Assembly: GCF_004765795.1 (NCBI RefSeq)
Contig: NZ_SBIV01000005.1
Location: 1-64,000, forward strand
Origin: Halorussus marinus
GTDB taxonomy: Archaea > Halobacteriota > Halobacteria > Halobacteriales > Haladaptataceae
Length of the DNA: 64,000 nucleotides
Direction: 5' to 3'
The translations under genes were made by a program, and so were the position numbers. Shown one piece after another: positions 11,448 to 21,745 of this stretch; the first letter of the stretch is position 1, and each line of letters begins with the position of its first letter. The notes under the pieces are model-generated. The model was not told the origin of the DNA and searched no databases. It saw nothing but the letters and a program-made list of their open reading frames with translations.

Positions 11448-13904
11448 TCACTGGCAGGCGTCGCAGGTCGGGTCCTCGACGTTCGGGAGGTCGGTTCGCT
11501 CGCGGTTCGACTCGGCGCTCGACTGATCCCGGGTCTGAGTCTTCCCGTACTCCGCCATGTCGACGGTGGACTTCTCGATCTGTGAGGCCCCGAGCGTCCG
11601 CAGGTAGTAGGTCGTCTTCAGCCCCAGCTCCCACGCGGTCTGGTAGACGTCGTCGAGCAGCGAGCCGTCGGTGGACGGGAAAAAGACGTTGTGCGAGACC
11701 GACTGATCGATCCACCGACCCCGGCGGGCGGTGAGCCGGAGCTGGTGGCGCGGGTCGATCTCGAACGCGCTCCGGTGGAGCTCTCGGATCGGTTCGGGGA
11801 TCGCCTCGATCTCCTGGATCGAGCCGTCGTGGAATTTGATCCGGTCGACCATCTCCTCGTCCCAGAGGCCCCGTTCGTCGAGGTCCGCGACGAGGCGGTC
11901 GTTGACGACCGTGAAGTCCCCGCTCATGTTCGACTTGACGTAGAGATTCGAGTAGACCGGCTCGATCGACGGCGTGGTGCCGGCGATGGTCGAGATGGTC
12001 GCGGTCGGCGCGACCGCCATCGTGTTCGAGTTCCGCATCCCGTGGTCGGCGACCGCCTCCCGCACCGGCCCCCAGTCGAGGCGCTCCTCGCGGGGCAGGG
12101 GAATCTCGCGGCCGCGTTCTTCTTCGAGCAGGTCGAGAGTGTCCTGGGGGAGGATACCCCGATCCCACTTCGAGTCCTCGAACGAAGGGTAAGCACCGCG
12201 CTCGGCCGCCAGCTCCGCCGAGCTCCGGATGGCGTGGTAGGAGACCAGCTCCTGGGACGCGTCGGCGAACTCGACCGCCGCCTCCGAAGCGAACGGGATC
12301 CCGCGTTCGAGCAGGGCCTCGTGGAACCCCATCACGCCCATCCCGACCGGGCGGTGGCGCATGTTCGAGCGCTCGGCCTCGTCGGTGGGGTAGAAGTTGA
12401 GGTCGACAACGTTGTCGAGCATCCGCATCCCGGTCTCGACGGTCTCCCGGAGCTTCTCGCGGTCGAGGCCGAGCGCCGCGTTCCCGTCGGTCCCTTCCGA
12501 CGGGACGCGCTCGGCCGCCGGCTCGACGTGCTTCGAGAGGTTCACCGACCCGAGGTTGCAGACGGCGTGTTCGTCCTCGCTCGTGTTGAGCGTGATCTCG
12601 GTACAGAGGTTCGAGGAGTGGACGACGCCCTCGTGGTCCTGGGGCGACCGGACGTTACAGGGGTCTTTGAACGTGATCCACGGGTGACCGGTCTCGAACA
12701 GCCTGGTGAGCGTCTCGCGCCAGAGCTCGGCGGCGTCGACCGTCTCGTACTGGCGGAGCTCGCCAGCCTCGGCCTTCCGCTCGTACTCGCGATATAGCTC
12801 CTCGAACTCCTCGCCGTACGTGTCGTGGAGTTCGGGCACCTCGTCGGGCGAGAACAGTGTCCACTGCTCGTCAGCCCGCACCCGCTTCATGAACAGATCC
12901 GGAATCCACGCCGCGGTGTTCATGTCGTGGGTCCGGCGGCGCTCGTCGCCGGTGTTGCGTCGCAGGTCGACGAAGGCCGGGAAGTCGAGGTGCCAGCACG
13001 CCAGATACGCGCAGGCCGCGCCGCGGCGCTTGCCCGAGCGGTTGATCGCCGCGGTCACGTCGTTCGAGATCTTGAGGAACGGGACGACGCCGGTCGACTC
13101 GACGCCGGTCGACTCGATGAGCGACCCGGCGGCCCGGATCGGCGTCCAGTCGTTGCCGAGCCCGCCGCTCCACTTCGAGAGCCGAGCGTGGCCCTTGTAG
13201 GCGTCGAAGATGCCGGCGAGGTCGTCGGGCACGGTCGTCAGGTAACACGAACTCAGTTGGGCGTGGGTCGTCCCGGCGTGGAACAGCGTCGGGCTCGACG
13301 GGACGAACCGGAGCGTCGACATGAGCTCGTAAAACTCGCGGGCGCGGGCCTCGCGGTCGGCGACCGGTTCGGCCAGCGCGAGCCCCATCGCCACGCGCAT
13401 CCAGAACGCCTGCGGGAGTTCGAGGCGCTCGCCGTCGGCGGTCTGGAGGAAGTACCGCTGGTAGAGAGTGTCCAGCGCCATGTAGTCGAACAGTTCGTCG
13501 CGCTCGACCGCGAGCGACTCCGCGAGTGCTTCGAGGTCGAAGGCGAGCATGCGCTCGTCGAGCAGGCCGTCTTCGACGCCTCTCTCGACGTTCTCGGCGA
13601 AGCTCTCGCGGGCGGCCGCCGCAAAGTCGTCGGGAACCGTCCCGACGACTTCGCGGTAGTAGCGCTCGCGGAACGCCGCGGCCGCGATCCGCTTGTAGGC
13701 AGGATCGCGCTCGATCCGGGCGGTCAGCGCGTCGATCACCGCGTCGTACAGTTCCTCGATCGAGGCGTCCTCGTAGAGGTTCCGTTCGATCTCGGTGGCG
13801 AGGTCGTCGAACACCGGGTCGGTGAGTACGTCCTCGCGTCCCGTTCGTGCGCGGTCGAGGACCGCGCGGATCGTCTCGGTGGTGGAAGTCGTCGTCTGAT
13901 TCAT
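11448..13904 (-). CDS. nrdA: Ribonucleotide reductase alpha subunit (class I)
   Basis: LSSCY, SSNLCTEI, VCNLGS, APTATIS, TTYYLR and C-terminal CDACQ. Start set at MNQTT. Confidence 0.95.
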   Translation of the reverse strand: MNQTTTSTTETIRAVLDRARTGREDVLTDPVFDDLATEIERNLYEDASIEELYDAVIDALTARIERDPAYKRIAAAAFRERYYREVVGTVPDDFAAAARESFAENVERGVEDGLLDERMLAFDLEALAESLAVERDELFDYMALDTLYQRYFLQTADGERLELPQAFWMRVAMGLALAEPVADREARAREFYELMSTLRFVPSSPTLFHAGTTHAQLSSCYLTTVPDDLAGIFDAYKGHARLSKWSGGLGNDWTPIRAAGSLIESTGVESTGVVPFLKISNDVTAAINRSGKRRGAACAYLACWHLDFPAFVDLRRNTGDERRRTHDMNTAAWIPDLFMKRVRADEQWTLFSPDEVPELHDTYGEEFEELYREYERKAEAGELRQYETVDAAELWRETLTRLFETGHPWITFKDPCNVRSPQDHEGVVHSSNLCTEITLNTSEDEHAVCNLGSVNLSKHVEPAAERVPSEGTDGNAALGLDREKLRETVETGMRMLDNVVDLNFYPTDEAERSNMRHRPVGMGVMGFHEALLERGIPFASEAAVEFADASQELVSYHAIRSSAELAAERGAYPSFEDSKWDRGILPQDTLDLLEEERGREIPLPREERLDWGPVREAVADHGMRNSNTMAVAPTATISTIAGTTPSIEPVYSNLYVKSNMSGDFTVVNDRLVADLDERGLWDEEMVDRIKFHDGSIQEIEAIPEPIRELHRSAFEIDPRHQLRLTARRGRWIDQSVSHNVFFPSTDGSLLDDVYQTAWELGLKTTYYLRTLGASQIEKSTVDMAEYGKTQTRDQSSAESNRERTDLPNVEDPTCDACQ

Positions 13905-14133
13905 GGGTGGTCGGCCGGACCGGACGTCGGCGTCGATACGGCGAGCGACAGCGTTGCCACTGTTCGGCGTCGAGCGGCTGACTCGTCCGATTTCCGGCCG
14001 TACCAGTTGGTGTTCGCCCCGACCCGGATAAAGCTTTCCAACACTACTTTCAGAAGTACAAGTTAGATTTACCGAGCGAGTGACTCGCGAAACCGACCTC
14101 CCCATTTACGGTCCTCACCGTCGAACGGGGAGC

Positions 14134-14304
14134 GTGAGCAAACAGCTAGAGATAGTCGAGTCGGGGAGCCAGAAGCAGGCCGAGAGCACGGCCAACAACC
14201 GAATCAGAGCGTACGAAGAGGACGGCTACGACCTCGTCGATCAGGAGATCGGCCTCGGGTCGAACGGGGTCACGATACTGCTCGTCTTCGAGTCGGTCGA
14301 GTAG
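14134..14304 (+). CDS. Small hypothetical protein (56 aa)
   Basis: GTG about 27 nt after ATTTAC; acidic sequence ending GYDLVDQ...ILLVFESVE. Confidence 0.55.
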   Translation: MSKQLEIVESGSQKQAESTANNRIRAYEEDGYDLVDQEIGLGSNGVTILLVFESVE

Positions 14305-14328
14305 GCGAACTCGGGGCCGGCGGCCGGA

Positions 14329-14919
14329 TCAGGCCGCCTCTCTCATCTCCTCGTACTGCTGTTCGAATCGCGCCAGACAGGACGAACAGCAAAACTGGTA
14401 GAGGTCGCCGTCGATCCGGGTCGACTCGCCCTCGCTGGTGACGGTGTTGCCACACTCGTCACACTCGAGGGCGAACTCCGCGCCCTCGGGTTCTGGCGAC
14501 CACGACGACTCCGCGAGCAGGTCGACGTCGTACGACCGGATCGCGTCGGTGTCGAGCGAGTCCGCGAGTAGCGGCTCGACCGCGCCGTCTTCGAGTCTGG
14601 CGTGGAACACCACCCGGCCGTCGGCGGTGACGAAGACGTGTTCGACCGAGTCGAGCGCTTCGACGCGCTCGCGGACGTCGGCGACCCGACCGGGTTCGAT
14701 CCGGAGGTCGACGAGCACCGCGATCCCTTCCGAGAGGAGCGAGCGATCGAGATCGACGGTGAACTGCTGGATGACGCCGAGTTCGCGCATGCGGTCGATG
14801 CGGTCGGAGACCGTCGGCGGCGAGAGTTCTACAGCGTCCGCGATCTCGTTGTACGGTCGGCGGGCGTTCGCGACGAGCAACTGGAGAATTTCGAGGTCGG
14901 TTTCGTCGAGTTCCCTCAT
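14329..14919 (-). CDS. Lrp/AsnC regulator with C-terminal TRASH (metal-binding) domain, probably copper-responsive
   Basis: LDETDLEILQLL..NARRPY HTH; C-terminal CDECG...FCCSSC. Confidence 0.9.
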   Translation of the reverse strand: MRELDETDLEILQLLVANARRPYNEIADAVELSPPTVSDRIDRMRELGVIQQFTVDLDRSLLSEGIAVLVDLRIEPGRVADVRERVEALDSVEHVFVTADGRVVFHARLEDGAVEPLLADSLDTDAIRSYDVDLLAESSWSPEPEGAEFALECDECGNTVTSEGESTRIDGDLYQFCCSSCLARFEQQYEEMREAA

Positions 14920-15084
14920 TGGTACGCACTCGCGTGTCCACCGTCAAACATGTTTCGGCGCCGCGGCCCCGACCCGGTCCGGGGCGCGATCGGCGCGGGA
15001 CGGGGGCGTCCCGGCGATCCCCTTACTCTCCTTAATACTCCTTGCAGAAACGCTTTTGAGGGGAAACGTCGTCGAATGGTAAAC

Positions 15085-15516
15085 ATGTCTATCGACGGAG
15101 CCGCGGCCGACGACATCACGTACGTCCAGAAGGCGTGCGCGTACATCACCCGGGGCGAGCGCGAACTGCTCGCGTTCGAGGGCCCGGGCCACGACGGCCT
15201 CCAGATCCCGAAGGGGACCATCGAGGCGGGCGAGACGCCCCGGGAGGCGGTGTTTCGGGAGGTCGCCGAGGAGAGCGGGCTCGGCGCGCTCGCCGACACG
15301 CGCCACCTCGCGACCGACGTGTGGCGCCGCAGGCCGGCGCGGCGGTACGTCCGCCACTTCTTCCACGCGACCGTCCACGACCCCCGCGACCGGTGGACTC
15401 ACACCGTGACCGGGTCGGGCGAGGAGGTCGGCGCGGAGTTCGAGTTCTCGTGGGTCGACCTCCCGGCCGACGAGGAATTCGCGCTCGCGCTCGACGACTA
15501 CGTCCACCTGCTGTAG
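15085..15516 (+). CDS. NUDIX hydrolase
   Basis: Nudix box PKGTIEAGETPREAVFREVAEESGL. Confidence 0.9.
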   Translation: MSIDGAAADDITYVQKACAYITRGERELLAFEGPGHDGLQIPKGTIEAGETPREAVFREVAEESGLGALADTRHLATDVWRRRPARRYVRHFFHATVHDPRDRWTHTVTGSGEEVGAEFEFSWVDLPADEEFALALDDYVHLL

Positions 15517-15562
15517 GATCGACTCGCGGAAAATCCCGGAGGCCGCGGCCCCGCGCCCGGCG

Positions 15563-16300
15563 TCAGTCGCCGGTCGCTTCGGGGGTCGGACCGTCGAACT
15601 CGGGCGACCGAACGGGGTCGGCGCGGTCGTCGGCGCGCTCGGCTTCGTCCAGCGCGCGGATGTTCGCGAACAGGAAGCCGGCGAAGCCGACGCGGATCAG
15701 CACCGAGATGTAGTGGTTGATGAGAATGTCTCCGAACTTCGTGAACGCTCCCGCGTCCGAGATGAACGCGTACGCGATGAGCATCGCGAGGAGGAAAAGC
15801 AGGAGGTTTCGGGCCTTCCAGTGGAGCAGTCGCCGATCGGCCGAGCGGTTTTGGGCCGTCTCCCAGATCGGCCCCACGAACAGGTACGCGACGAAAACGT
15901 GCCCGCCAATGACGATCAGCGTCGAGACGAGCGTCACCAGACCGCCCGCTCTGGCGCCGAAGTTGAACGCAAGGACCTGCACTGCGGGGGCGGCGGTCAC
16001 GATCGCGAGGTTCCGGCGCTTCGCACCGGCGAGCTTCGCGGTGACGAACCACAGTAACGAGTAGGCGAACACGTCGTTGGCGACGTTCGGCAGGGCGAAA
16101 AAGTAGCCGTGAGCCGAAAACGCGCCCACGCCGGCGGCCGCGAGGAAACTGCACACGGTACTGACGGCCATGACCGCCACGACGAGCCGACAGTAGTGAT
16201 GGAGCCGCTGTGGAATCCGGCGGAGCCACAGGAGCAAGACCGCGAGGGTGACCGCGTACGCGACGCCGCCGACCGCGTACAGGGTCGGTTCGTCAATCAT
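15563..16300 (-). CDS. Opsin-related 7TM protein lacking the retinal-binding Lys
   Basis: Seven hydrophobic segments. Helix [12 protein letters not shown] aligns with bacteriorhodopsin LDVSAKVGFG; helix F WKARNL. Overlaps the transducer gene. Confidence 0.85.
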   Translation of the reverse strand: MIDEPTLYAVGGVAYAVTLAVLLLWLRRIPQRLHHYCRLVVAVMAVSTVCSFLAAAGVGAFSAHGYFFALPNVANDVFAYSLLWFVTAKLAGAKRRNLAIVTAAPAVQVLAFNFGARAGGLVTLVSTLIVIGGHVFVAYLFVGPIWETAQNRSADRRLLHWKARNLLLFLLAMLIAYAFISDAGAFTKFGDILINHYISVLIRVGFAGFLFANIRALDEAERADDRADPVRSPEFDGPTPEATGD

Positions 16301-17891
16301 CGCTTCCCCCCACTGGCGCGCCGGACGGAGACGCGGCGATCGGGTCGTCTTCGTCGCCGGAGTCTCGGGTCTCGAACGAACTCAGCATCTCGCGGAGGTC
16401 CGCGGTCCGGTCGGCGAGCGTATCGGTTCGCTCGCGGACGTCGGCCATCGTCGCCGCGGTCTCGTCGGCGGTCGCCGCGAGGTCCTCGGATCGGTCCGCG
16501 ACCTCCACGGCGACCTCGCGGACGGTCTCGACCGCGACCGCGACCTCCTCGGTCGCGGCCGCACCGTCGTCGGTCGCGCGGTTGATCTCCGCCATCGCGT
16601 CGTCGACGTCGGTGACCGTGTCGGTCAGTCCCTGCAGGGTCTGGCCCGTCGCCGTCACGGTTTCGACGCTCTCGTCGATGCGACGTCTGGTGTCGTCCAT
16701 CTCCCGAGTCACGTCGGTGACGTCGCCCCGAACGGTCTCGATGATACTGCTTATCTGATCGACCGCGTCCTGGGTCTCGGCCGCGAGTTGCTTGATTTCG
16801 TCCGCGACGACCGCGAAGCCGTCGCCTTCAGCGTCGGCGCGGGCGGCCTCGATGTTGGCGTTCAGCGCCAGCAGGCCGGTCTGCTCGGCGATGTCGTCGA
16901 TGAGTCCCGTCGTCTCGCCGACTTCTTCCATCCGTTCGTCGAGGTTGTCGACCAGCCGTCCGAGTTCGGTCACCGCCTCCTCGATCCGGTCGATCGCGTC
17001 GATCGCCTCCTCGGCGCGCTCGGCGCCGGCCTCGCCGGCCTCGGCGGCGTCGGTCGCTCGGTCGGCGACCTCGTCGGTCGTCGAGGCGACTTCCTCGATC
17101 GTCGCCGACAGGTCGTTGGCCTCCTCGACCGCGCTTTCGAGCTGGTCGGCCTGACTCGCGACGTCGTCGGCCAGCGACCGGATGTCCGCGGCGAGCGACT
17201 CGTGGCGCCGCTCGACCGCCGCGGCGTCGTCCGCGACCGCGGTGCTCGTGGTCTCGACCTCGGCGGCGAACGCGATGATCTCCTCGACGGTGGCGGACAG
17301 ATCGGTCGCCATCTCCTCGTAGGCGGCGCCAATCCGTTCGATCGCCTCGATGTCGGTGTCCGTGTCGAGGCGGTGGCTGAAGTCGCCCTCGGCGGCCGAG
17401 GCCATCGCGTCGCCGACGTCCTCGGCCCGTTCGAGCAGGCGTTCGCTTCGCTCTTCGGCTTCCCGCTGGGCGGCCTCCGCGCGCTCTTGAGCGCGCTCGG
17501 CCTCTTCGCGGGCGGTCTCGGACTCCGCGAACGCCTCGTCGAGCGATCGCCGCATGCTGTCGAACGACGCCGCCAGACGGCCGAACTCGTCGGGGCGGTC
17601 GCTCTCGGGGGTGACGTCGAGATCGCCCGACTCGATGGCTTCGGCCGCGGCGGTGAGGTTCCGGAGTTCGACGCCGACGCTCCCGGCCAGAACGATACCG
17701 AGCAGACCGATATGAAGCGCGAGGACGAACAGCGTGGCGGCGACCGCCTGCCCCCCGGTCGCGCCGACGCGCGAGACGTCCATCGCGAAGAGGACGCCGA
17801 ACACGACGGTCGCCCCGAGCGCGACCCCCAGCGCCGCGCCGATTCGGCGGCTGTACTTCTGCAAGATCCAGTCTACGGATACAGTTGTCAT
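16293..17891 (-). CDS. Halobacterial transducer (Htr/MCP) with 2 TM, HAMP domains and signalling domain
   Basis: [46 protein letters not shown] signalling hairpin. Confidence 0.93.
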   Translation of the reverse strand: MTTVSVDWILQKYSRRIGAALGVALGATVVFGVLFAMDVSRVGATGGQAVAATLFVLALHIGLLGIVLAGSVGVELRNLTAAAEAIESGDLDVTPESDRPDEFGRLAASFDSMRRSLDEAFAESETAREEAERAQERAEAAQREAEERSERLLERAEDVGDAMASAAEGDFSHRLDTDTDIEAIERIGAAYEEMATDLSATVEEIIAFAAEVETTSTAVADDAAAVERRHESLAADIRSLADDVASQADQLESAVEEANDLSATIEEVASTTDEVADRATDAAEAGEAGAERAEEAIDAIDRIEEAVTELGRLVDNLDERMEEVGETTGLIDDIAEQTGLLALNANIEAARADAEGDGFAVVADEIKQLAAETQDAVDQISSIIETVRGDVTDVTREMDDTRRRIDESVETVTATGQTLQGLTDTVTDVDDAMAEINRATDDGAAATEEVAVAVETVREVAVEVADRSEDLAATADETAATMADVRERTDTLADRTADLREMLSSFETRDSGDEDDPIAASPSGAPVGGSDD

Positions 17892-18095
17892 TTGCCAAAA
17901 CCGTATTCCCAAATTCAACTTTTAAACTTTTGGACCTAAGTATCAGACGAGATAATAGACTCTATATCCGAGGACTGGACGGATGAACGGGGGACTTCGA
18001 GGCGCCCGTTTCGAGGCCGTTAGCACCGCGTGGTCGGTTGGTCGCCGGGCGGCGTCGACGAATCGGCGAGTCCGAACCAGTTACGCACCGCCGTG

Positions 18096-19172
18096 TCAGG
18101 CGATTTCGTCGGCGATCGCCACCGCCTCGTCGAGCCCGAGTTCGCGGTCGGCCGCATCGAGCCGGTCGAGGAGCCGGCGGACGCGCTCGTCGGTCGGCTC
18201 TCGGCCGGCCCGTTCGAGCAACCGGCGCGCCCCACCGCGGCCCGTCGCGGCGCCGAACAGGAGCCGGCGTTCGCCGCCGAACCGCGCGGGGTCGAACGGC
18301 TCGAAGGCGCTCGGCTCGGCCAGCATCGCGGCGGTGTGGAGCCCGGACTCGTGGGCGAACGCGTCCTCGCCGAGCAGTGGCGCGGTCGGGGCCACGTCCT
18401 CGCCGAGCGCGTCGAGAACCGCGCGCGCGCCGGGCAGTAGCGACCCCTCGTCGAGCCCGACGTCGACGCATTCGTCGCCGGCCAGCGCCGACGCGGCGAC
18501 CGCCTCCAGCGAGGCGTTGCCCGCGCGCTCGCCGAGCCCGGCCACCGACACGTCGGCCTTCGCGACCCCGCATCGGGCGGCCGCCAGCGTGTTCGCGGTG
18601 GCGACCCCGAGGTCGTCGTGGAAGTGGACCCCGACCCGTTCGAGGTCCGTATCGAGCGCGTCGAGGCGCTCGACCACCCCCGTCGGCGTCCGGCTCCCGA
18701 CGGTGTCGGCGACGGTGTAGAGGTCCGCGTCGACCGCCCCGAACAGGTCGTCGAGGGCGCCCGGATCGGTCCGGAAGCCGTCCATCGCGTCGAAGTGGAC
18801 GCCGAGACCGGCCTCGCGGGCGCGGTCCGCGGCCGCCGTCGCGGCCGCGGTCAGCTCCACGCGATCTTTCCCGAGGACGTGTTCGAGCTGTCGGTCGCTG
18901 GTCGGGGCGAAGACGTTCACGACGTCGACGCCGGCCTCGATCGCCGCGTCGACGTCGCCCGGGACCGCGCGAGCGATCCCCGTCGTCGCCGCGTCGAGGT
19001 CGAGGCGGTCACAGACCCGGGCGGTCCGATCGTCCGCGACCGGGAAGCCGACCTGCACGTACTCGACGCCGAGCGCGTCGAGTTCGCGGGCGGCCGCGAC
19101 CTTCCGGTCGACCGAGTACTCGACGCCGGGACGCTGTTCGCCCTCCCTGAGCGTCAGATCGAGGAGCTTCAC
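18096..19172 (-). CDS. LeuA/homocitrate-synthase-family (DRE-TIM) enzyme without regulatory domain
   Basis: DLTLREGEQ, HFHDDLG, GLGERAGNA, AFAHESGLH; GTG start overlaps the upstream stop. Confidence 0.88.
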   Translation of the reverse strand: MKLLDLTLREGEQRPGVEYSVDRKVAAARELDALGVEYVQVGFPVADDRTARVCDRLDLDAATTGIARAVPGDVDAAIEAGVDVVNVFAPTSDRQLEHVLGKDRVELTAAATAAADRAREAGLGVHFDAMDGFRTDPGALDDLFGAVDADLYTVADTVGSRTPTGVVERLDALDTDLERVGVHFHDDLGVATANTLAAARCGVAKADVSVAGLGERAGNASLEAVAASALAGDECVDVGLDEGSLLPGARAVLDALGEDVAPTAPLLGEDAFAHESGLHTAAMLAEPSAFEPFDPARFGGERRLLFGAATGRGGARRLLERAGREPTDERVRRLLDRLDAADRELGLDEAVAIADEIA

Positions 19173-20560
19173 ACCACGCCCTCCTCGTGGAGCCGGTCGA
19201 TCTCCTCGCGGTCGTAGCCGAGCGCTTCGAGCACCGCCCCGGTGTCCTCGCCGAGCGCGGGGGGGTCCGACGACTCGACGCGGTCGAACCCCGACGCCCG
19301 CGCCGGGAACCGGGGCGTCCGGACGCGACCGCCCTCGCCCTCGGTGGCCCGGACCTCGGCCAGCGCTTCGGTCGCCCGGAGATGCGGGTCCCCACAGACG
19401 TCTTCGGTGTCGTTGACGGGCGCGACCGGGACGCCGGCGTCCTGGAGTCGGGCGACGATCTCGTCGGTCCCGAACTCCGCGCAGGTCGCCGCGACGATCT
19501 CGTGGAGTTCCTCGCGGTTGTCGAGTCGGTCGGCGAGTTCGGCGAACCGGTCGTCGGCGGCGACGTCGAGGTCGAGCGCGTCGCAGAACCGCCGCCACTG
19601 GCGGTCCGACGACGGGCCGACGAACACCCACTCGTCGTCGGCCGACTCGAACACGTCGTAGGGCGCCCAGCCGGGGTGGCTCGCGCCCATCGGCTCGGGC
19701 ACGTCGTCGTACGCCTGGGTGTACGCCAGCCAGTAGCCCATGAGCGCGACCGTGCTCTCGAACAGCGGGACCGTGACGTGTTGGCCCTCGCCGGTCGCGT
19801 CGCGCTGGCGGACCGCCCCGAGCACCGTCACCGCGGCGTACAGCGACGCCGCCATGTCCGAGAGGCTGGTGCCCGACCGGACCGGCGGCTCCCCGGGGTG
19901 GCCGGTCACGCTCATCACGCCCGAGAGCGCCTCCGCGACGGGGTCGAGCGCGGGGAACGACTCGTACGGGCCCGGATTGAACCCCTTGATCGAGCAGTAC
20001 ACCAGTTCGTCGTTCACGCCCGCGAGGTCGTCGTAGCCGACCCCGAGGCGGTCGGCGGTGCCGGCCGCGAAGTTCTCGACCAGCACGTCGGCCTCCTCGA
20101 CGAGGTCGTGGAACACGGCCCGGCCCTCCTCGGACTTCAGGTCGAGGGCGACCCCGAGCTTGTTCCGGTTGACGTAGTTGAACGAGCTGTTGCCGATCGG
20201 GCTCGAATCCCGGACCGCGTCGCCCAGTTCGGGGTGTTCGACCTTTATGACCTCCGCCCCGAGGTCGGCGAGCACCATCGAGCAGAACGGGCCGGCGATG
20301 ATGTGACCGAGTTCGAGGACCGTCACGTCCGAGAGCGGGCGGCCCTCCCCGCCGGGCAAGAGCCCGGGCGCCACCCGGCCGCCGTCGGCGCGGAGCCGAT
20401 CGTCGTCGAGGGCTCTGGAGCCCGATCGGGGCGGGCCTTCGGGGGGTCGGCGGTCGGTGCGGTCGTCGGAGCCGGTCGAGTCGGCACCCGCCGGCCCGTT
20501 GCGGGCGGGTCGTCGGTCGGCCGAGACGCTGTTCGCGGGGAGAGTCGTGTCGTTCGTCAT
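19169..20560 (-). CDS. CaiB/BaiF (family III) CoA-transferase
   Basis: AGPFCSMVLADLGAEVIKVE, NRNK, ADVLVENF, C-terminal PPALGEDT; long low-complexity N-terminus. Confidence 0.92.
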   Translation of the reverse strand: MTNDTTLPANSVSADRRPARNGPAGADSTGSDDRTDRRPPEGPPRSGSRALDDDRLRADGGRVAPGLLPGGEGRPLSDVTVLELGHIIAGPFCSMVLADLGAEVIKVEHPELGDAVRDSSPIGNSSFNYVNRNKLGVALDLKSEEGRAVFHDLVEEADVLVENFAAGTADRLGVGYDDLAGVNDELVYCSIKGFNPGPYESFPALDPVAEALSGVMSVTGHPGEPPVRSGTSLSDMAASLYAAVTVLGAVRQRDATGEGQHVTVPLFESTVALMGYWLAYTQAYDDVPEPMGASHPGWAPYDVFESADDEWVFVGPSSDRQWRRFCDALDLDVAADDRFAELADRLDNREELHEIVAATCAEFGTDEIVARLQDAGVPVAPVNDTEDVCGDPHLRATEALAEVRATEGEGGRVRTPRFPARASGFDRVESSDPPALGEDTGAVLEALGYDREEIDRLHEEGVV

Positions 20561-20614
20561 CGTATGAGGTGGTGTGGTGTCGGTGAGGCGAGTGGTGGTG
20601 TCGATGCGGGGCGG

Positions 20615-21745
20615 TCAGGGCGACTGGCGAGGCGTCTCGCCCGCGAGCGCGTCGCCGTGACAGATGGTCCGGCCGTCGGCGTCGAAGACGAACAGGTCCC
20701 CGGGATCGAAGCCGACGACGAGCTCGTCGCCGTGCTCGACCGCGCCGAACGCCGTCGAGACCGCGTCGACGTCGGTGCCGTCGGGGGTGTGACCGTGGAC
20801 GACGAACTCGGTGCCGAGCTGTTCGACAACCCCCGCGATCACGGTGAGTTCGTAGTCGCCGCCGTCGGCCGAGAGGTACTGCGGGCGGATCCCGACCGTG
20901 ATCGAGTCGCCGACCCGGTCGGCGAAGCGGTCGGCCGGCGCCAGCACCCCGAAGCCGTCGCCCGCGAGCGCGTAGCCGTCGTCGGTCTCGGCGACCGTCG
21001 CGGGCAACAGGTTCGTCGACGGCGTCCCGATGAACCGGGCGACGTACTCCGAGACGGGGGCGTCGAACAGCTCGCCCGGCGGGGCGAACTGTTCGAGCCG
21101 GCCCTGATTCAGGAGGATGACCTGATCGCTCATCGTCATCGCCTCGGTCTGGTCGTGGGTGACGTAGACGACCGTCGCGTCGAGCTCCTGATGGAGGCGC
21201 TGGACCTCGACCCGGAGTTCGGCCTTGAGCTTGGCGTCGAGGTCGCTCATCGGCTCGTCGAGCAACAGGACGTCGGGGTCCTGGACGAACGCCGAGCCGA
21301 GCGCGACCCGCTGTTGCTGGCCGCCCGATAGCTCCGCGGGCATCTTCTCGAGCTGTTCGGTGATCTGGAGCGTCTCGGCCGCCTCGTCGATCCGGCGGTC
21401 GCGCTCGTCTTTCGGGACGCCCTGGACCTTGAGCCCGTAGCCGATGTTCCGGCGGACCGTCATGTGAGGGTACAGCGCGATGGACTGGAACACCATCGCG
21501 CAGTTGCGGTCCTGGGGCGACTGGCCGGTCACGTCCTCGTCGCCGAACGAGAGCCGGCCCTCGGTGGGGGTCTCCAGCCCCGCGATCATCCGGAGCGTCG
21601 TCGTCTTGCCACAGCCGGACGGGCCGACGAGCGTGGTGAACGACCCCTCGGGGATCGACAGCGTGAGGTCGTCGACCGCGACGTGGACCGAGCCGGCGGA
21701 TCGGTACTCCTTGCGAACCGAGTCGAGGTGGATCGGACGTGCCAT
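20615..21745 (-). CDS. Carbohydrate-type ABC transporter ATP-binding protein (MalK-like)
   Basis: GPSGCGKTT, LSGGQQQRVAL, LLDEP, YVTHDQ. Confidence 0.94.
   Translation of the reverse strand: MARPIHLDSVRKEYRSAGSVHVAVDDLTLSIPEGSFTTLVGPSGCGKTTTLRMIAGLETPTEGRLSFGDEDVTGQSPQDRNCAMVFQSIALYPHMTVRRNIGYGLKVQGVPKDERDRRIDEAAETLQITEQLEKMPAELSGGQQQRVALGSAFVQDPDVLLLDEPMSDLDAKLKAELRVEVQRLHQELDATVVYVTHDQTEAMTMSDQVILLNQGRLEQFAPPGELFDAPVSEYVARFIGTPSTNLLPATVAETDDGYALAGDGFGVLAPADRFADRVGDSITVGIRPQYLSADGGDYELTVIAGVVEQLGTEFVVHGHTPDGTDVDAVSTAFGAVEHGDELVVGFDPGDLFVFDADGRTICHGDALAGETPRQSP

Noticed and set aside
11448..13904. Intein in NrdA (Cdc6 also checked)
   Set aside because: Normal protein lengths and no intein splice or LAGLIDADG motifs.
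13901..13960. 19-aa GTG uORF overlapping the nrdA start
   Set aside because: No TATA at the expected distance; such an overlap is expected by chance with an ATGA start.
13905..14060. Cobalamin riboswitch upstream of nrdA
   Set aside because: GCCACTG occurs only on the strand opposite to nrdA, and the other B12-element motifs are absent.
15563..16300. Functional bacteriorhodopsin or sensory rhodopsin
   Set aside because: The Schiff-base Lys and the counterion residues are missing.
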